A program made the translations under genes and the position numbers. This document shows, piece by piece, positions 27,221-34,918 of a stretch of 43,817 nt of DNA (the first letter of the stretch is position 1; every line of letters begins with the position of its first letter). The notes under the pieces were generated by a model, which had not been told where the DNA came from, did no database searches, and saw only the letters and a program-made list of their open reading frames with translations. Source of the DNA: a virus (lineage: Duplodnaviria > Caudoviricetes); the IMG/VR virus record IMGVR_UViG_3300016669_000015, positions 1-43,817 of that record; one strand, given 5' to 3'.

Positions 27221-27856
27221 TATCAGCAGCAGCTGGCCCATCGGCCTATCCGACTTCTTGATATTGCAGGCACGACAAGCACACTGCGTGTTTCGGTACG
27301 AGTGCTCGCCTTTCTTGGCGATAGGGATGATGTGATCCAACTCGGGCGCATCATCATCGTAGGTGCCTCGCTTTGCCCTCGGCGTATTAACGCCGCAAAG
27401 ACAGCAGCGCCATCGATCGCGCGTGAACACGACGTAAGGGTCGACGTCTTCGATGGTGACAGCGGCCAGCCGAGCCTGCCTCTTAGCCTTCCCGATTCTC
27501 CTGCAAGCGGCAGCAGCCAGGTCCCGGCAGTCGGATGAGCAATAGTCGCTTGGCGAGCCACCTGCCGACGTCGGGACATACTCTACTGCGCACGTACGGC
27601 AATTCTTGCTTGCGGGCAGTTGACTTACATATTTGCCGCGCGGCCAACACGAGCCTGAGCAGTACGCGCGCACTCGATTCGCGGTGAATGGCGCGAGACA
27701 TCCCTTGCAGGTAGCAATCCATATGCGGCTATAGGGGGCAGCCGCCTTAGATCGGAACGCGCAGTCCCGCGAGCAGTAGGTGCTGTACATCTTCTTCCGC
27801 GGGAAGAACTCTTTCTGGCAACCCTTGCAGGCAACTGCGGGAAGCGGCAACGTCAT
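27215..27856 (-). CDS. HNH endonuclease with three N-terminal Cys4 Zn-ribbon repeats
   Basis: CKGC..YCSRDC, CKGC..YCSGSC, CRTC..YCSSDC; CCLC...LDHIIP...GEH...N...CRACN; start at ATG 27856 or TTG 27898. Confidence 0.9.
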   Translation of the reverse strand: MTLPLPAVACKGCQKEFFPRKKMYSTYCSRDCAFRSKAAAPYSRIWIATCKGCLAPFTANRVRAYCSGSCWPRGKYVSQLPASKNCRTCAVEYVPTSAGGSPSDYCSSDCRDLAAAACRRIGKAKRQARLAAVTIEDVDPYVVFTRDRWRCCLCGVNTPRAKRGTYDDDAPELDHIIPIAKKGEHSYRNTQCACRACNIKKSDRPMGQLLLIG

Positions 27857-27862
27857 CAAGAC

Positions 27863-27878
27863 CTGTATATATCCACAG
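27863..27878. promoter_or_regulatory. LexA (SOS) box
   Basis: CTGTATATATCCACAG fits CTGT-N8-ACAG with an AT-alternating spacer; 6 bp upstream of ATG 27856. Confidence 0.75.
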
Positions 27879-27927
27879 TGGTAATGGTAACTCGACAACG
27901 GTTCAACTTTCCGGATTGAATTCAGCG

Positions 27928-28245
27928 TCAGCCACGTGCACGCTGGCGCGCCTCACGCGCCGACTTGGCGTCGTGGCAGGCCACGCACAGGGTTTCTTTG
28001 TTGCTGTCGTCATCAGTACCGCCGTCGGCCAGCGCGACAATGTGGTCGACCGGATAGCCGATGGTGGTGCGGCCCTGCCGCTTGCATTCCTGGCACAGGT
28101 CGCAATCACGTGCGCGGATGCGGCGCCGGTCCAGCACGCCGGCATAGCCGCGCTTGCGCTCGACCACGACACCAGGGCGTGCGGCCAGAGTGGCGACCCG
28201 CGGCGCTGCCGTCTGCAGTCGGGACTTGAGGGCGGTCAGCTTCAT
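27928..28245 (-). CDS. Packaging-associated HNH endonuclease (HK97 gp74-like)
   Basis: RDCDLCQEC...VDHIVALADGGTD...N..TLCVACHDAKS; small; upstream of terS. Confidence 0.9.
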   Translation of the reverse strand: MKLTALKSRLQTAAPRVATLAARPGVVVERKRGYAGVLDRRRIRARDCDLCQECKRQGRTTIGYPVDHIVALADGGTDDDSNKETLCVACHDAKSAREARQRARG

Positions 28246-28463
28246 GTCTTGACAGGCACCAGCGCGGCCAGCTCATCCAGCAGCATCCCCGTGCTGCCGT
28301 AGCCCTTCGCACGAAGCAGTGAATGCGCGCGCTCGGACTCGACCAGGCGCTCGCACAGCCGCAGCAGCGCCGTCTCGTCGACCACGTGGGAGACCATGGC
28401 TGGCTTGCCACCAGTGACAGCACGGATGATCTGGTCGCGGTAGCAGACGATCGGCATGCTCAC
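28242..28463 (-). CDS. Hypothetical protein
   Basis: GGAG RBS; ATGA-coupled to the HNH gene. Confidence 0.6.
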   Translation of the reverse strand: MSMPIVCYRDQIIRAVTGGKPAMVSHVVDETALLRLCERLVESERAHSLLRAKGYGSTGMLLDELAALVPVKT

Positions 28464-28464
28464 G

Positions 28465-28677
28465 TTACTTCTCCCCGAAGCCCGGCACGTCTTGTGCGGA
28501 CTCGGTCTTGAACGAGATGAGCCAGATCAGTACGAGCAATCCGACCAGCGTCCACAGCACCCCGAACGCCCAGCCCGGCGCGCCCAGGCGATCGAGCAGC
28601 AGCCAGAACAGGATGGCGAGACCGAGCGGCGAACGCATCGGCAGGGACGACGACTTGATGACGGTGCTGCGCTTCAT
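28465..28677 (-). CDS. Small two-TM membrane protein
   Basis: MKRSTVIK...LGLAILFWLLL...WAFGVLWTLVGLLVLIWLI. Confidence 0.6.
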   Translation of the reverse strand: MKRSTVIKSSSLPMRSPLGLAILFWLLLDRLGAPGWAFGVLWTLVGLLVLIWLISFKTESAQDVPGFGEK

Positions 28678-28756
28678 TGGATGCCCCAAAAAAAAGCCGC
28701 CCCGGCGCATGGATGCGAGGGGCGGCGAAGATCCTGTTGGTACAGGACTGGAAACG

Positions 28757-28830
28757 GGAGCAGACGGCGGGGCTCTCACCCGCGGCTTGCATCATAGACG
28801 ATTAACGTTCGTTCATACAGCTGCATCTGC
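28757..28830 (-). ncRNA. tRNA-like element or degenerate tRNA
   Basis: 7-bp GCAGATG/CGTCTGC acceptor stem plus TCC; GCGGG-TGAGAGC-CCCGC T-arm; tRNA length (74 nt); D and anticodon arms not canonical. Confidence 0.4.
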
Positions 28831-28900
28831 ATTAATCGGTGGCCCTTACGTGGGCGAGACGGCGAGCCTCAGTGCTATCTGCAAAGTAGACCGCTAATGC

Positions 28901-28933
28901 AAAAAGCCCGAACGTTTAACGGTTCGGGCTTTT
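28901..28933 (-). terminator. tR'-like terminator downstream of the late promoter
   Basis: AAAAGCCCGAAC-loop-GTTCGGGCTTTT(T). Confidence 0.8.
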
Positions 28934-28964
28934 CTTCGGGCGTGCAGAGACACCCAGTGCGCAG

Positions 28965-28993
28965 AGTTTACGCCCAATACAGCCGCGTTGCAA
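28965..28993 (-). promoter_or_regulatory. Late promoter pR' overlapping the last codons of Q
   Basis: TTGCAA-N17-TAAACT with a terminator about 30 bp downstream. Confidence 0.65.
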
Positions 28994-29393
28994 CATTGTT
29001 GCGCAACTTCTTTTCCAATTCGTCGCGCGCTTCCATCAGCACATCCTCGTACCGCGCATTCGGGAAGCGCCAGGCCGAGGCGATGCCCTGGCTTTTGTAA
29101 ATGGCCCAGCGGTCGCGCATCTGCAGGCTGTCGACCATGGCGTTGACGCTCTCGCCGATCTTCATGTCGGCGGCGCGCTGCTGCTCGTGCAGGTCGCGCT
29201 CGTGCACGCCCTCACCCGCCAGCTTCATGCTGCCGGCGCCCAGGTCGCGGTCGTCGGTGCGCATGTAATCGACCCAGCAGGCCATGCAGGTGGCGTACGG
29301 ATCGATGGTGCGAACGGTGGATTGTGGGGCCTCCGCCTTGCGGACTCGGCGGAGGTTTGGGGCGTTGAAAAAGCCGAGTGCAGCGGTGGTCAT
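28968..29393 (-). CDS. Probable late antiterminator (Q-like)
   Basis: Last gene before a promoter-terminator unit and the late genes; W..YMR, VNAMVDSL...RWAIY sigma-region-4-like end. Confidence 0.6.
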   Translation of the reverse strand: MTTAALGFFNAPNLRRVRKAEAPQSTVRTIDPYATCMACWVDYMRTDDRDLGAGSMKLAGEGVHERDLHEQQRAADMKIGESVNAMVDSLQMRDRWAIYKSQGIASAWRFPNARYEDVLMEARDELEKKLRNNVATRLYWA

Positions 29394-29714
29394 GGGGTTC
29401 TCCGAAAGACGACCCAGCGAGCGTAGCATGGGTGGTCAAGAAATTTCCGGATTGAATTTGTTTTCACGAGGCACGTTTACAACACAGCACCAGGCCTATT
29501 TCTGCATCTGGCCATGATTGTCACCGACACTCTGAACCCACTTTTAAATCGGCCTATTCAGGCGCAAGACAGAACTGACCATACGCACTGCCGACCTATC
29601 GTTGTCACTACTGGTGTAGTCACCCTCCTACGTCCATGCGGCGCCTTGCTCGGTTACGTATTTACGACTATTCGTGTAGCATCAAATATTGACCAAAGTT
29701 AAGGGCATTTCAGA

Positions 29715-30149
29715 ATGAAAATTGCTCTCGTAGTCGAGGATGATCCCGTTTGCGCATCCAAGCTTCAACTGCAAATGAAGCTACTCGGCTACACCACGTT
29801 CGTTGCATCAACATCTGCTAGAGCATTGAACATCGTCAAAGTATGCGGCATCGACGTAATCCTGATCTCTGTTCCTACTCGCTTAAGTGAAAGACGATCT
29901 TTCGCTGGCGAACTCAAAAGCCTTCTACGCACCGCAACCGTTGTACTGATAACAGAGTGTGACGTTGTCCACTCACATGCGAGATCTCGACGCTATTCCG
30001 GACTCTCTGTTGTCTTGAGAGGTCCCGCCACCCTCATGGCTATCTGGCGAGCCCTTGAGTTCGAACGGGACGGCTTCGGTTGCCATCCTGGATGGGTCGC
30101 CGCGAAGCACGAGCGCCGGGTGCCACTGCGAATCCGTGCTGGTCACTGA
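29715..30149 (+). CDS. Single-domain response-regulator receiver (CheY-like), atypical
   Basis: ALVVEDD...LLGY...A.T..RAL...IDVILIS...VVLIT; phosphoacceptor Asp position is Ser. Confidence 0.7.
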   Translation: MKIALVVEDDPVCASKLQLQMKLLGYTTFVASTSARALNIVKVCGIDVILISVPTRLSERRSFAGELKSLLRTATVVLITECDVVHSHARSRRYSGLSVVLRGPATLMAIWRALEFERDGFGCHPGWVAAKHERRVPLRIRAGH

Positions 30150-30262
30150 TCAAATCCAGGCCTTGTCTATACCAGTTCATGGGCACGATTTGTCTCATCT
30201 CATGGCAGTGATTCGGCGTCGACATATATACTGCTTCGATCTGACAACGCAGCATTGTAATT

Positions 30263-30556
30263 ATGATCCAGTACCCAAAAGCGCTTTACCGTCCAGTAGG
30301 AAAAGACGATTTCAGCAGCACCGAAGTAGCCTTAGACTCGCGGCTAGTGCATTCTTTAGTCGAGGAAAGAGCAGCTATCCGTGCCGGCTGGTCAGAATGG
30401 CGCCGCGCCACGAAACGATCGGAAGCCCTGTGCCGCCGCAATCAGCGAATTGCAGCGGTCCGACAATTCTTCTATGAGTGGAGATGGGCGTTAGAGGCAT
30501 TCGCAGTAGTGGGCGGCTCAGTCTCTATTGTCGTAGCGTATATCGCCAAGAATTAG
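30263..30556 (+). CDS. Hypothetical protein with C-terminal TM segment
   Basis: 97-aa ORF ending WALEAFAVVGGSVSIVVAYIA. Confidence 0.5.
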   Translation: MIQYPKALYRPVGKDDFSSTEVALDSRLVHSLVEERAAIRAGWSEWRRATKRSEALCRRNQRIAAVRQFFYEWRWALEAFAVVGGSVSIVVAYIAKN

Positions 30557-30636
30557 CAAGCTCCGCTTACTCAGCATTCCACGCTACGACATCGTCATGG
30601 TTGTCACCAAAGCGCGAACGTGCCTCTCCCTGCCCG

Positions 30637-30996
30637 TCAGGTCAACTCTTTCATTTCGGTGATGACGATCCGCACCTGCCCACCGCGCACGACCTCGCGG
30701 CGCACCAGGTGGAGCTCGTCAATCTGTTCGTCATCGATCCACACGCCAGCAGCGGTCAGAGCGTCCTGCAGCGACTTGGCACGGTTGTCGATGTCCTGCC
30801 GGCGCCGGTTGGCTGGGTAGATCGCAGCGAACAGCGACACGCGCCCGAGCAGCGGCTCGACCTGGGCGGCAGCGACGATCTCGGCCACCGCGGCGCGGAA
30901 TGCGATCCCAGCAGGTTTGATGTATCGCCCACCACGCGGGCGCTGGCCGTAGTAGTGGTTGATCGTTGGCGGGATGGGTAGGGTCAGGGTGATCAC
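30637..30996 (-). CDS. rusA: RusA-family Holliday junction resolvase
   Basis: LPIPPTINHYY...RRQDIDNRAKSLQDAL..AGVWIDDEQID; GTGA overlap. Confidence 0.92.
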   Translation of the reverse strand: MITLTLPIPPTINHYYGQRPRGGRYIKPAGIAFRAAVAEIVAAAQVEPLLGRVSLFAAIYPANRRRQDIDNRAKSLQDALTAAGVWIDDEQIDELHLVRREVVRGGQVRIVITEMKELT

Positions 30997-31499
30997 GCGG
31001 CAATTCCTTCGAGCTTCAGTTGTTCCTGGGTGATGGCGACGGCGCGGTCGAACGTGTCGTCGAGCTGCTGGCTCGTCATCCAGCCCGGCAGCGGGCGCCG
31101 GCCGTCGAGCACGTCGTGGCAGTCGCTGCAGCCGAAGCACGCGGCGCTGTCCGGTGCCTTCACGCCCATGCCCTTCCCGTCCGCCAAGCGGTTCGAGTGG
31201 CACAGCACCGTGGTGGCCGGGTCGCGATTGCACACGCCCAGCAGCATCAGCGTGCAGTCGCGGCCGCGCGCGGCGCGCCGGGCCGGCGTTGACTTGGCGC
31301 GGGACTTCTTCATCGGCTTACGTGCCTTCGGTTCCCGCTTGAGCGGGAATGTGGTCTTGGCCTGCACGGCGGCGACGCGCAGCAGCCCAGCGCCAGCGAC
31401 GGCCGACTTGAAGCCGGTACTGCGCGCCATCGGGGTCTTGCGCTGCAGCGGCTTGCCCTGCTTGAGGGTGCCAGTGCGGGCGATGGGCGAGCGGATCAT
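30993..31499 (-). CDS. DUF1364 (YbcO-like) nuclease-domain protein
   Basis: AARGRDCT...VCN...TTVLCH...GMGVK..D...FGCSDCHDVLDGR. Confidence 0.85.
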   Translation of the reverse strand: MIRSPIARTGTLKQGKPLQRKTPMARSTGFKSAVAGAGLLRVAAVQAKTTFPLKREPKARKPMKKSRAKSTPARRAARGRDCTLMLLGVCNRDPATTVLCHSNRLADGKGMGVKAPDSAACFGCSDCHDVLDGRRPLPGWMTSQQLDDTFDRAVAITQEQLKLEGIAA

Positions 31500-33559
31500 G
31501 CTGCCACCGCCGCGACCTGGCGCTCGTGCACGAAGTTGGCACGGATGAGGGCCTCTGACAGCGGCGGGCAGACGCTGTTGCCGCACATACGCACCTGGGC
31601 CGACTTCGTGAGTGGGATGCGCGGGAGCGACAGCGGGTCGGCGTGGGCCTGCGCGCCGCCGGCGAACAACAGGGCTGGGTCCGGTATCTCGTCGATGACG
31701 TAGCCCGCTGGGCAGCCTTGGGCCCGGTACAGCTCGTGCGGTGCGAGCATGCGCAGGCCGATGTCGCCGATCTCGTAGTCCTGACCATGAATCGTGACCA
31801 GGCCAAAGCGGTCACGGCTCGTCACGGTCGCGAGCGGTGAATTCGGGGTCTGGTCCTGATCTGTCCCGTAATAAGCCAGCAGGAAGGCGCGCACCTCCGC
31901 GTGATGCTGGCCACCGGCGCTGATCGTGTGCAGCGGCTCGTCGGCGCCAGCCGCGGTGCTCGTGCCGCGCAGCTTGCACAGGTGGCTCGATACCAATGCC
32001 GATTTGCCACCACCACCAGCCGTGACCGTGCCGAGCGGCGCGTCGGCGGCGTGACCAATGCTCTTGCCCATGTCGCGCTGCACGTGCGCCACTACCAGAC
32101 TGTGATGGTCGGTGCTGGTTACCGTGCCGATCGGCTGCTCCAGTTCGGATCCAACCACGCCGGTGTAGTGCTTCGCGAGGAATGCCGTGGCTAACGCCTT
32201 GTTGCCGCTGGCGACCACAGTGCCGAGTGGCTGCTCGACGTCCTTCACGCCCTGGCCCCAGCGCTTCACGCCGGATGGTGATTGCTCGCTGTGCGCTGCA
32301 TCGACCAGCACGGCGGACACCAGCCCGAAGTGCCCGCCCTTTACCTGGGCGCAGACCGTGCGCAGCGGCTCGCTTGCCGACATCACCCGCTGGTTGCTGG
32401 CATTGGCGTGCTCGTTCAGGAACGCAGTTACCAGAGCCGCCTTCGTCGAGCCGACTACGGTGCCGAGCGGCTTCTCGGTATCCAGCGCGCGCGGCGCCTG
32501 CCCTTCGCGCTCACCGTAGCCGACCTGCACCATCGTGGCCGTAGCCAGCGCCTTCTCGCCGCGGTGCGCACCAGTGATCGTGCGGAATGGCTCGCGGACC
32601 GACTCGCTGCGATCGCTACCTTGGTGCGTTATCGGGACGATGCTCGGCACGACAACGGCGCGGTGGTTCTCGGTAGTCAGGGTGCCGAACGGCTGGCGCG
32701 CGGTGACAGGCTTGCCGGCATAGATCGGGCCGCCCTGCCCGACGATGAACGGATCGGCCGCGTCGACCACGTAGCGCATGATGCCCTTGGCGATACGGCG
32801 CAGCGTCGCTTCGGCCAGCGGGCGCTTGCGGGTGAAGATGCTTGGGCAATCCAACGACCAGTCGATGCATTCGGCGGCGGTGCGATACGGCTGCAGCTTA
32901 CCGGCGAGGACGCCCGGCGACCCCGGCGCGCCGTTGGTCGGCGTCGGCCATTGAATTGGCAGGCCGTCGCGGCGGGCCACGAGGAAGAATCGCTTGCGGA
33001 TGGTCGGGGTATCGTACTCGCTGGCGCGCAGCTCGCGGTGGTCGACCTTGTAGCCATGGGCCTGCAGCTGGCGCACGAAGCTGTCGAACGTCTTTCCGCG
33101 CTTGGCCGGATCCGGCTTCCAGTGGCCGTGCTCGTCCTGGATCAGCGGGCCCCACGTTTTGAATTCCTCGACGTTCTCAAGCATGATGACGCGCGGCTTG
33201 CACTTCGCCGCCCAGCGCAGCGTCACCCAGGCCAGGCCGCGAATCTTCTTTTCGACGGGCTTGCCCCCCTTGGCCTTGCTGAAGTGCTTGCAATCGGGCG
33301 ACAGCCAGACCAGCGCCACCGGCTGGTTCTTCGTGACCTCGATCGGATCGATGTCCCACACGCTCTCGCAGAGGTGCGTCGTGTGCGGGTGGTTGATGGC
33401 ATGCATCGCCAGCGCCTCCGGGTCGTGGTTGATCGCGATGTCCACCGGACGGCCGAACGCTGCTTCCAGGCCGGTGCTGGTGCCGCCGCCGCCGGCGAAG
33501 TTGTCGATGATGAGCTCGTGGCCCAGGTCCAACTGCATGCTGATCAGATCGCGTTTCAT
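31496..33559 (-). CDS. DNA cytosine-5 methyltransferase with repeat-expanded variable region
   Basis: Motif I FAGGGG, IV SPDC, VI ENV, VIII RKRFF, IX LRML..EL..AQG, X GNSV; start at MKRDL. Confidence 0.93.
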   Translation of the reverse strand: MKRDLISMQLDLGHELIIDNFAGGGGTSTGLEAAFGRPVDIAINHDPEALAMHAINHPHTTHLCESVWDIDPIEVTKNQPVALVWLSPDCKHFSKAKGGKPVEKKIRGLAWVTLRWAAKCKPRVIMLENVEEFKTWGPLIQDEHGHWKPDPAKRGKTFDSFVRQLQAHGYKVDHRELRASEYDTPTIRKRFFLVARRDGLPIQWPTPTNGAPGSPGVLAGKLQPYRTAAECIDWSLDCPSIFTRKRPLAEATLRRIAKGIMRYVVDAADPFIVGQGGPIYAGKPVTARQPFGTLTTENHRAVVVPSIVPITHQGSDRSESVREPFRTITGAHRGEKALATATMVQVGYGEREGQAPRALDTEKPLGTVVGSTKAALVTAFLNEHANASNQRVMSASEPLRTVCAQVKGGHFGLVSAVLVDAAHSEQSPSGVKRWGQGVKDVEQPLGTVVASGNKALATAFLAKHYTGVVGSELEQPIGTVTSTDHHSLVVAHVQRDMGKSIGHAADAPLGTVTAGGGGKSALVSSHLCKLRGTSTAAGADEPLHTISAGGQHHAEVRAFLLAYYGTDQDQTPNSPLATVTSRDRFGLVTIHGQDYEIGDIGLRMLAPHELYRAQGCPAGYVIDEIPDPALLFAGGAQAHADPLSLPRIPLTKSAQVRMCGNSVCPPLSEALIRANFVHERQVAAVAA

Positions 33560-33765
33560 ACTTTCTCCGTTTCGTTTTTGTTTTTGGTCTGACTGGCCAC
33601 ATACCGCGCACGCGGCGCCCGGTCGCGCGCTTCCTGATACAGCACGCCGATCTGGCCGTCCCAAGGCTTTTGCTCGCCCCAGGCGCTGCACATGCCAGTC
33701 GACGCGCCGTTGGTGGGCACGGTAAAGTTCGCGCACATGGCGCAGGGATCGTGCTCTTGCGTCAT
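33556..33765 (-). CDS. Small Cys-containing hypothetical protein
   Basis: GGAGG RBS; CAMCANF...GMC; ATGA-coupled to the methyltransferase. Confidence 0.65.
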   Translation of the reverse strand: MTQEHDPCAMCANFTVPTNGASTGMCSAWGEQKPWDGQIGVLYQEARDRAPRARYVASQTKNKNETEKV

Positions 33766-33896
33766 GAGGCGAGGCCTCCATGAGTAGGCGACCGGTAGTG
33801 ACTGAACCCACCATGACTCGATCTAAATTTGACTTTCGGTGACAATTGCGGATTTCGCGCGTAGCATCCGTCATCGAAATCGCGCAGGGAACTGTC

Positions 33897-34163
33897 ATGA
33901 GCACATTGGAAAATTCCGAATCGTCCCACTGCTGGGATGAAGGCGAATTCCGCATTCGCGGACTTTCCGCACTTGCCAATACTGGAAATTTTTGGCCCGC
34001 ATACTCTATTGACCGAATTAGTGGGATGGTTGATGCTCCCGAAGAAGTTGTGCGGCCTTATGTAGATCGCACTCAGGCTTTCATTTCTGAAGATTTCGCC
34101 AAAAAGACGGGCTTGTCTCTTGGCTTGCAGCGCGTGCGCCAAGATGCTCAACTGAACGGTTGA
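33897..34163 (+). CDS. Hypothetical protein, antisense insert (alternative: 33762..34172 minus)
   Basis: CAGGGA before ATG; lower-GC patch; coding strand ambiguous. Confidence 0.45.
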   Translation: MSTLENSESSHCWDEGEFRIRGLSALANTGNFWPAYSIDRISGMVDAPEEVVRPYVDRTQAFISEDFAKKTGLSLGLQRVRQDAQLNG

Positions 34164-34165
34164 TG

Positions 34166-34918
34166 TCAGCACGGCACCACCTCAGTATTTGATTGCTGGC
34201 GCAGCGCCACCTGGTGCTTTGCCCACTCGCCCGCAATCCAGGTCACGCCCTTCGGGGTGAAGCGCGCCGAGTTGAATGCGTGGTTGTTCTGCGCGGTACC
34301 GGCTTTGACGCAGAAACGGCCTGCGTCCATGTGGTGGGCGTGAGGCGTCAGCGCGCCGTTCAACCGGTACATGACCTTCTGGTCGAGAAGGAATTCGCGG
34401 AATGCGCTCTCGTTCGCGCGCAGCAGCTTGGCGACTTCGCGGAATGTCTTCGTGCCGGTCGCGTTGGCGTAGCGCTCGACGAACTCCACGGCGGGCGCGG
34501 CGGCGGCCAGCTGCTCGGCCTGGGCCGCGATCACATCCTGCTGGTCGGCGGCCAGGCGCAGCGCGTCGGCGAACGATTGCGGCAGGGCCAGCGCCGGCGC
34601 CGCGGCTTCCAGCGCCATCCAGCGGTCGATGATCTTGGCGCGCAGCGCGGCGCTGTAGCCCGAGATCACGACCAGGCAGTCGCGCTTCGTCAGGTCGTAG
34701 ACCATCGTCGGGCGCCCGCCGCCGTCGGCCTGGTGCGCGCGGGCAGTATTACGACCAAGTCGTAAAACCTCTTCGTTAATCAGCCGCTCGATCGTCGCGA
34801 TGACGTCGTTGTGGCGCGCTTCGCAGATTTCGGCGATCTGGCGGCTCGACATCGTCGCTTCGGCAGCGCCAGGGCTATGCAGGGTCAGCATGTTGCCTCC
34901 GGTGGTGTTCGTGGTCAT
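34166..34918 (-). CDS. Antirepressor, Rha plus KilAC domains
   Basis: MSSRQIAE...RHNDV...IIDRW; PQSFADALRLAAD; KTFREVAKLL...RFTPKGVTWI. Confidence 0.9.
   Translation of the reverse strand: MTTNTTGGNMLTLHSPGAAEATMSSRQIAEICEARHNDVIATIERLINEEVLRLGRNTARAHQADGGGRPTMVYDLTKRDCLVVISGYSAALRAKIIDRWMALEAAAPALALPQSFADALRLAADQQDVIAAQAEQLAAAAPAVEFVERYANATGTKTFREVAKLLRANESAFREFLLDQKVMYRLNGALTPHAHHMDAGRFCVKAGTAQNNHAFNSARFTPKGVTWIAGEWAKHQVALRQQSNTEVVPC

Noticed and set aside
28805-28820. CTGTATGAACGAACGT as a LexA box
   Set aside because: The second half-site lacks CAG
28757-28830. Calling a functional tRNA with an anticodon
   Set aside because: No canonical D loop, anticodon arm, TTC or CCA; kept only as tRNA-like
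29514-29702. 62-aa plus-strand ORF upstream of the receiver gene
   Set aside because: No RBS or motif; probably promoter region
31496-33979. Apparent 827-aa methyltransferase
   Set aside because: The upstream part overlaps the 33556..33765 gene; GGAG RBS and ATGA coupling support start 33559
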